A stretch of 63,891 nucleotides of DNA, filler included, from Corallochytrium limacisporum Hawaii (lineage: Eukaryota; Protista; Pluriformea), in the NCBI GenBank assembly GCA_002811645.1. It is 5 parts of 5 records of this genome, joined end to end, with 100 filler letters (N's around TTAATTAATTAA, not from the genome) between each part and the next. Parts side by side here need not be neighbours in the genome. Positions count along the whole stretch, not along the records: positions 41,327 to 60,817 come from PDIP01000170.1; positions 60,918 to 63,891 come from PDIP01000284.1; 3 more parts are not named here. One strand, given 5' to 3'. Shown here in pieces: positions 57,653 to 63,891 of the stretch. A program made the translations under genes and the position numbers. The notes beneath the pieces were generated by a model that searched no databases, had not been told where the DNA came from, and saw nothing but the letters and a program-made list of their open reading frames with translations. Positions within the stretch are counted from its first letter, which is position 1. Each line of letters starts with the position of its first letter.

Positions 57653-60648
57653 GGTGTCTTCTACGGACTCAAAGTCTCGCTCCAATCTATCAGTGCCTCA
57701 AAGTTCAAAGACTGAGGGAGCTGGTAGTGATAACAATGCTGCACAATATACCCAATCTAGTATCCCAAGATAGAGACGCATGCACGATAAGCCATGTTAC
57801 TCATAGTCGAACCCATCTCCGTGTTCTTCGCTGCTGTTCTTTTATGGTGCAGAAAAACAACAATTCTGGCGCAGTTCAGTCTCGAAAAATGCTTTTTTCT
57901 GGTTAGTCTATCAACGGATAGGCCTGAATACTGGTTTGCAGACTAGTGCGAGCGCTCGCATATTCCCACAATAACTACTAAAATAACTCTGATCAGTTTC
58001 CGATTCCTAGTTACACGCAGAAACACAAACGCAGGAGCCTGATAAAAACTTATCTGGCTGCCTTGATTTGTATTCACTAAACGGTATCAACCGCGATCGC
58101 TGTCGAAACCAGACGTTCCAAAACGTAAATGGGAAGTTATGGGTCTCTTTGCGGGCCGGTCCAGAGTCCCAATTGAAATACTTGTATGCTCTCTACCCCA
58201 GTGACAAAGATAAAAAACACATGTTTCCTATATGTATCAAGACCACAACCTTTTGTCAGGAAGACCGTTTTACCGGTTTTCATCAAGACCTAAGAGGATT
58301 AAAAGATTCTGAACGGAGCCATTCGGAACACCACACTTCACACTCACAACACCCACTCATCCAGACACCCACACCGTCGCAGGCACTTCGCCACTCTGTG
58401 CAAGTCTCAGCAGCGGCGGTCCCCCCTCTCCCCCTCCCTCAATGGCTGTGGCGGCCCAAATGGGGCATAGGGGTGAACTGCACTGCATTGTTTGCCAGCG
58501 GCTCACTATCGCGATCACCCACCCTCCCTGTTGCACTGCCTTCCTCCCCTCCCACCCTCTTCCCCCCCCNNNNNNNNNNNNNNNNNNNNNNNNNNNNNNN
58601 NNNNNNNNNNNNNNNNNNNNNNNNNNNNNNNNNNNNNNNNNNNNNNNNNNNNNNNNNNNNNNNNNNNNNNNNNNNNNNNNNNNNNNNNNNNNNNNNNNNN
58701 NNNNNNNNNNNNNNNNNNNNNNNNNNNNNNNNNNNNNNNNNNNNNNNNNNNNNNNNNNNNNNNNNNNNNNNNNNNNNNNNNNNNNNNNNNNNNNNNNNNN
58801 NNNNNNNNNNNNNNNNNNNNNNNNNNNNNNNNNNNNNNNNNNNNNNNNNNNNNNNNNNNNNNNNCAACCTCCGTCGGTTCTTGGGAGAGCGCTACAGAGC
58901 TCGTCCACACGCACGCCCTCCCATTCCCCAGAGGCGCATCTGTTCCGGGTCTCAGTGGCCCACCTCCGCTCGGCAGCTGCGGCAGTACAGTGTGCGGCGC
59001 AGGCACAAAATACAATCCCCATCCCCCCCCCCCTTCCTCGCCCCAGGCGGAGAGGGGAGAAGAGAAGGGTTAGGAGGAGTGAGGGGGGTGCCACCTGAAA
59101 CCTTCCCTTTTGCCCTTTAGCTTCAAGCCCTTTCTTTGCCCACCCTTGCGCTCTTGCAACTTCCCCCTGCCACCCCCCCCCCAACCTCCTCCTCTCTCCC
59201 CTTCTCTCCCTCCCTCCCGGCGGGGGAAGGGAGAGAAGGGACCCCGCGCGCCACTCAAGTTCTAGGCACCTTCGCGGTGGCTTCTCTCTCACTCCTCCGC
59301 CTCCCCTCCGGGCGGTCCCTTCCGCTTTGCCCTTCCGGCAGGGTGCGTGCGTGCGTGTGCAGCGCTTGAGGACTTTTTGTTGCGATCTTTTAGGTTCTTG
59401 TAAAGTCTTCAACACACCCCCGCGTTTCCTCCAGCATACGCCCCCTTCCCTTTCCTCCCCTCCCTCCCGCTCCCGGGCGGTCCCTGTGCTTCACCAGTAC
59501 ATTCACTATACAAGGGCCAGCAGCGCGAGAGACGTCTCTGTTGCCAGATTCGTAGCCCCCTGCGGACGAGTTGCAAATCGGTGGGACGCCATCGGTACTC
59601 TTTCCATAGTGAATATACCATAATCTCATGGAGTCGGTGTTCCGAAGTGTGTCATTCTCGGTGTGTTTCTGCACGGCCTGCCGTAGGGGTCGAATCCCCG
59701 TACTTTCACTATGCCGAGGGACGTTCGAAGAGATTGTTGTGACCGGCAAGAAAATTTTCCTCGTTTGGAAGACCACATTACATAAAGGAAAAAATACAAC
59801 TCCAATCCGGTTCCCGCCCAATCGCAACCCACGAATCATCCCTAAACTTGTTAAATTAAATAGAAAGCATACCGTTAAACGCCGGCCAAGTGAAAACCAA
59901 AAAGAATTATTCGAAGGGAGTGGGAGGAGGCCCCTGGGGTGGGGGAGAGAGCCGCCAACCAAAAGAGCAAGGTAGAAAATCCACGGTGCCCCCCTCCCCC
60001 CCTAACCCCGTGGTGGAGGAGACTGCAGTGACGTGCTTTTTTTGTGAGATGGCCTCTTTTTGGCGGGGGCAGTGTCGTGCCTGCGGTGCCAGTGCACGGC
60101 TGCCCCACCACCCGCGAGAAGAGAGAGAGGGGGAGGGGAGAGAGACAGAGACAAGAGACGGAGGGAGAGGGAGGCGACAGGGGTGGGATGGTGTTGCGTC
60201 CTTTTTGTCTCCGGTGCCCCGTTCACAATTTTTTTTCTTTTTTTTTTCCCGTTGGCGATCACAAGAAGAGGGGTTTTCTATGGTTATATTTGAACATTTA
60301 TTAACGAATAATTTACTTTTGAGAAGAGGGGGGGGGGGCGTCGGACGGCGCCGTTGTGGAATGGCAGCGTTGACATGGTGCTGCGCCTCATGGCTGGCCT
60401 CTTCGGCAGCGGTACATAGCCAGCGTGTGGACATTTTTTTCGGAACCACGCGATTTTAGGCAGGGTTCCGATCCGATTGTGGATTACGTTGTCAAACCTC
60501 CAACGCCACCATAATGTTCAATATATTCATTACTGACGCCGTTTCCTGCTTCGTTGCCAACCTGTCGGTGACCCCCCCTCGTCAACCAGTATCTGCGTCA
60601 CACTGTACGTACTTTTCCAGGGTGTCCAATCCCGTGTCCCACTCCACA

Positions 60649-60649
<1 letters not shown>

Positions 60650-60703
<54 letters not shown>
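60650..60703. repeat. (CA)n microsatellite
   Basis: About 27 CA units. Confidence 0.95.
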
Positions 60704-60705
<2 letters not shown>

Positions 60706-60817
60706 GAGAGCACAGCACAAAGAAAAAAAAATTAGCAGCGGCCTAATTATAGTATTGCGTTTAGTTTTGCGATAACCGGCACGCGGGGAGGACCTCTCCC
60801 CCCCCCCCCCCCGGGGG

Positions 60818-60917
60818 NNNNNNNNNNNNNNNNNNNNNNNNNNNNNNNNNNNNNNNNNNNNTTAATTAATTAANNNNNNNNNNNNNNNNNNNNNNNNNNN
60901 NNNNNNNNNNNNNNNNN
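60818..60917. other. Artificial contig linker N44-TTAATTAATTAA-N44
   Basis: Same 100-bp construct. Confidence 0.95.
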
Positions 60918-61319
60918 GGGAAGAAGGAAGGCAGGAGGGGAGGAAGGGGGGGGGGAAAGGGCGGCGGGCAAATCGGTCCTGCCCGGAGCGCAGGTAACGG
61001 TGGCGCGTGTGGTGTGTGATGACACAGCGCGCAGCACACACCGCTTGGGCTTTTTCTTTAATTCCTACACCACGGGATGAGGAGGCAAAGTTTTGAAACA
61101 AGTTTTAGTGGTTATCAGTGGTGGCTACACTCCTCACATTTCGACGCTGTTCGCCGTCAGTGGTGTTTTTTCAGACGAGATGGAGTTGTGAGCATAGTGG
61201 GACACCCAGCGGGGTGCTCCTGGTATTTATTAGATCCATTGTACTGATCAAGAGATCTTGAGTTGTGATCTTGTGCTAAGCAGTTAAGTGATATTCATCC
61301 CTTTCTTATACAATCAAAC

Positions 61320-61961
61320 ATGTCCTTCAAGCAAGTCGCCCTCGCCGGTCTGGTTGCCGTTGTCGCCGCCACCCCTGCCCCTTCCACCCAGGAAGTCCTC
61401 AAGGCCGCAGTGAAACAGCGTGCCATGGCTATCGCCGGCGTTGATCCCGTCATCTCCGCTATTGGTGGTGTAGAGGGTAAGAGCACTGGCACCTACGCCT
61501 GGACCCAGGTTTCCTTTGAAGATGAAAACGGAACAGAATGCGAGAAGGCGATTGCCCTCAAGTATCAGGGCGTTGCATGCATGCTCTTCAGGCTTGACCC
61601 CGAAAACAACAACGAACTCTTGACCGTTGAGGGCAACCCTAAGGGTCTGTACGGCTCTGTCAAGAGCGGAGACGGTAATGAGTGGGAATTTACTAAACCG
61701 GACACCCAGTCTCTGGATTGGTACACTGAGGAATCCATGAACGTCAACGAGGAGAATATCTTTACGTTCCGCATTGGTAGTGATGATGTGGATGGTTTCT
61801 GGCCAACCTTTGACGTGTCCAAGAAGCTCCTTGAGAGCACTGTCGCAGAAGACAGCCGCGATGGCCGTGTAGCTGTCTTCCACTTCGGCCCCAAGAGTTT
61901 TGACGATGAGTATAGCCTCCTGTGTGGCTATGCCGCTGTCCCCACTTGCCCCCTCAACTAA
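61320..61961 (+). CDS. Secreted protein of unknown function (213 aa)
   Basis: Signal peptide MSFKQVALAGLVAVVAA; strong C/T-ending codon bias; A-rich context caatcaaacATG; four Cys; acidic, beta-rich-looking mature part. Confidence 0.8.
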   Translation: MSFKQVALAGLVAVVAATPAPSTQEVLKAAVKQRAMAIAGVDPVISAIGGVEGKSTGTYAWTQVSFEDENGTECEKAIALKYQGVACMLFRLDPENNNELLTVEGNPKGLYGSVKSGDGNEWEFTKPDTQSLDWYTEESMNVNEENIFTFRIGSDDVDGFWPTFDVSKKLLESTVAEDSRDGRVAVFHFGPKSFDDEYSLLCGYAAVPTCPLN

Positions 61962-62432
61962 AGTATTTTGGGTTACATCTCTTGCTTGCAAAGCAATCAT
62001 TAAAAAAAGTTCGATACTCACATCAATAGGCAACCATGTACGCCTCCGAGAACTCTCTGTTCACATCATGTATCCGTTTGTGCTTTAGCCATCACGTGCA
62101 ATGCAAACTCTGACCGCGTCAAGGTCTCATTCTGTCTTTGGCTTGTCCACTGGCGGAGCACACAAAAAAGCCATCGTCAAGATAAACGCGCGACATTTGT
62201 GAAAAAGGATACACTGCCATGTTTGTGAATGATCTGTGAGCCCCTTCCTTCCGCCTTAGTTCTTTTGCCGCTTCCAGGTAGAATTTCCCTTACCCTGGGT
62301 CACACCGAAGAACACGAATTGACACAGCGGTCCGAGTTGTGTTCAGACCTCGCTACCCAGCCCCCAGAGTATCCCTCTATGGTAGAGTGGCTGGCGAGAT
62401 GTCAATGCATGTAAGGTCACATGATGGCTGAT

Positions 62433-63176
62433 TTACTTTTCACACCACTCGGAAGATGCGGATGAGGAAGGTATCTCGATCAACGTTGGCAGCTCCTTGA
62501 TGCCATTTGGCCAGGGATTTGCTGGATTCGTGTTCTTTTTCGGGAATGGGTTGACTTCTGGTGGAGGATAGTGGGGTGGCTCTAATCTCTCCTCATAGGG
62601 AGGAGGAAGTTCGGTTATGTGAGAAACCCTTTGTTCCGTTGATGCCAAGTGCAGTTCACTACTCGGCTTACTGACATTGTCCTTGGTGGATTTCAAGACC
62701 TCACTGCCAAGGGAAAGGAGGACGACCGCATCAACAATCCACACGACACCTGAGAGAAAGCCGAGTGTGGTAGCAACAATGAAAGAAGGAACTCCATCGA
62801 TTTCGAATAGGGCCATGGACAAACCTAACACGGTGACACCAACCAGGATTTCCAAGACTCCGAGCACGACCGGATCCATGACTTGGTTCGCCGCATGCAC
62901 GATCATGAGCGCTAAAGAAAAGCTGCCGCAGGTAACAGAGACAGCGATGAAGCTAGCAACAAGGGGGTAAGGAGGTGCAGATGAGCTTTGAGGTGGAGGT
63001 GGGCCTTGAGGTGGAGGTGGGCCTTGAGGTGGAGGTGGGCCTTGAGGTGGAGGTGGGGTTTCAGGTGTGCCTTCATGATGGATTGGATTTAATGAGGCGA
63101 TGATCCCACCAATAGCTGCACAGAGCAGTACGCTCTTCAGGATGTAGTGCCAGGCAGAGTAGTTGAAGTCATGCAT
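62433..63176 (-). CDS. Four-TM MARVEL-like membrane protein with PPxY motifs
   Basis: Four hydrophobic helices; the last, VATTLGFLSGVVWIVD, resembles the MARVEL helix-4 A..FGF.....Y..D pattern. Pro-rich loop after TM1; tail contains PPPY and PPHY. Confidence 0.6.
   Translation of the reverse strand: MHDFNYSAWHYILKSVLLCAAIGGIIASLNPIHHEGTPETPPPPQGPPPPQGPPPPQGPPPPQSSSAPPYPLVASFIAVSVTCGSFSLALMIVHAANQVMDPVVLGVLEILVGVTVLGLSMALFEIDGVPSFIVATTLGFLSGVVWIVDAVVLLSLGSEVLKSTKDNVSKPSSELHLASTEQRVSHITELPPPYEERLEPPHYPPPEVNPFPKKNTNPANPWPNGIKELPTLIEIPSSSASSEWCEK
62988..63057 (-). repeat. Coding 18-bp tandem repeat (PPPPQG) x about 3.9
   Basis: ttgaggtggaggtgggcc repeated on the + strand. Confidence 0.92.
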
Positions 63177-63891
63177 GCTGATTTCCGGTGCTCTGGCTGA
63201 AGCATTGACAAAGCGGCATACATTTAGCTTTTCTTGAGGGTACTAAGCCGACACTTGAGAGGGGCGCTGGATCCGTTCGCCATGAATATGCCTTGCTACG
63301 ACGGTCTTGACCACTTCAAACCAGACCGTCTAAATTACCACGGCCCCTTCTGAATGGTCCTCTATCCGAGAAAACATACCGGACACCTTCAACCTTGATT
63401 CTGATCCTTTTCACAATGGGCAAGTGAACCCGTACTACTCTCTGCCCATGCGGATCGTCGCAAGATGACATCTTCATCCCGGCCGTATTTCGTCTCTGTT
63501 GCGATTGTATCACACTTTCCTTCCGCCCGGCCCCCTTCCCGTGGCCTTCCCCAGCAAAGAAGACTTCCTCTCCAAGCGCCACAGCAGAGGCTCCGCTCCG
63601 CCCGAGTTCTTGGACCGGTCCAAATCTAGCAGTTGGTAGACCTCGGAAGGTAAAAGCTATCTCTCTTAACACACAGCCCCCTTCCTCTCCCACCAAAACC
63701 TCTGACTTACGTTCTCTAGGCACATTTCATCAGAAATATTACACACACTGCAGCTCTCCCTCCCTCCTCGCCCTTACTACTCCGTTTGCAAGTGCTTCGC
63801 CCTTTGACGTGTTGTGGTGTACCAACCTCTGCCCCATAAGTTAAGGAGGAATCTGCCTAAAAACATGCACCGTAATATAAGGAGGGAGATT

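Noticed and set aside
58068-59415. Long ORFs spanning N-gaps (also near 2.3, 6.5, 11 and 33.7 kb)
   Set aside because: Their length comes from Ns and low-complexity sequence, not coding signal.
59629-59709. tRNA-like segment containing ggggtcgaatcccc
   Set aside because: Only a T-arm-like hairpin with a 6-nt loop; I could not build acceptor, D or anticodon stems.
61314-62033. 239-aa antisense ORF over the secreted protein, and similar antisense ORFs over HSF, synergin, NUBP2 and WNK
   Set aside because: Shadow ORFs caused by codon bias and repeats on the coding strand; no family motifs.

Overview
Eukaryotic draft-assembly window. It has seven sized N-gaps and four artificial 100-bp N44-TTAATTAATTAA-N44 contig linkers, so adjacency across the linkers is unverified. 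About 17 protein-coding genes are readable, all as uninterrupted ORFs: an HSF-type transcription factor, synergin-gamma (split only by an N-gap inside a 66-bp coding repeat), a glutaredoxin-DUF4395-TDT/SLAC1-hemerythrin fusion, a DUF2855 protein, DNAJC17/Cwc23, Rab6, poly(A) polymerase, glucosidase I (GH63), an orphan ORF, ATRIP, NUBP2/Cfd1, BORCS8, an S9A oligopeptidase-B/PREPL-like peptidase, CWC22, a WNK kinase, a secreted orphan and a MARVEL-like membrane protein. A decayed uracil-DNA glycosylase relic is also present. Animal-like gene content combined with intron-free CDSs suggests an intron-poor unicellular holozoan (Corallochytrium-like; this is inference only). The standout is the 1048-aa fusion at 21388-24534. 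It joins a dithiol glutaredoxin, a CxxC membrane domain, a SLAC1/TehA-type anion channel and a BRUTUS-like di-iron hemerythrin, making it a candidate self-contained redox/iron/O2-gated anion channel, and it lies tail-to-tail with a bacterial-like DUF2855 gene. Second is an ATGA stop/start overlap between BORCS8 and the peptidase gene, a candidate eukaryotic bicistron. All family assignments come from motif recognition by eye; no database search was run.
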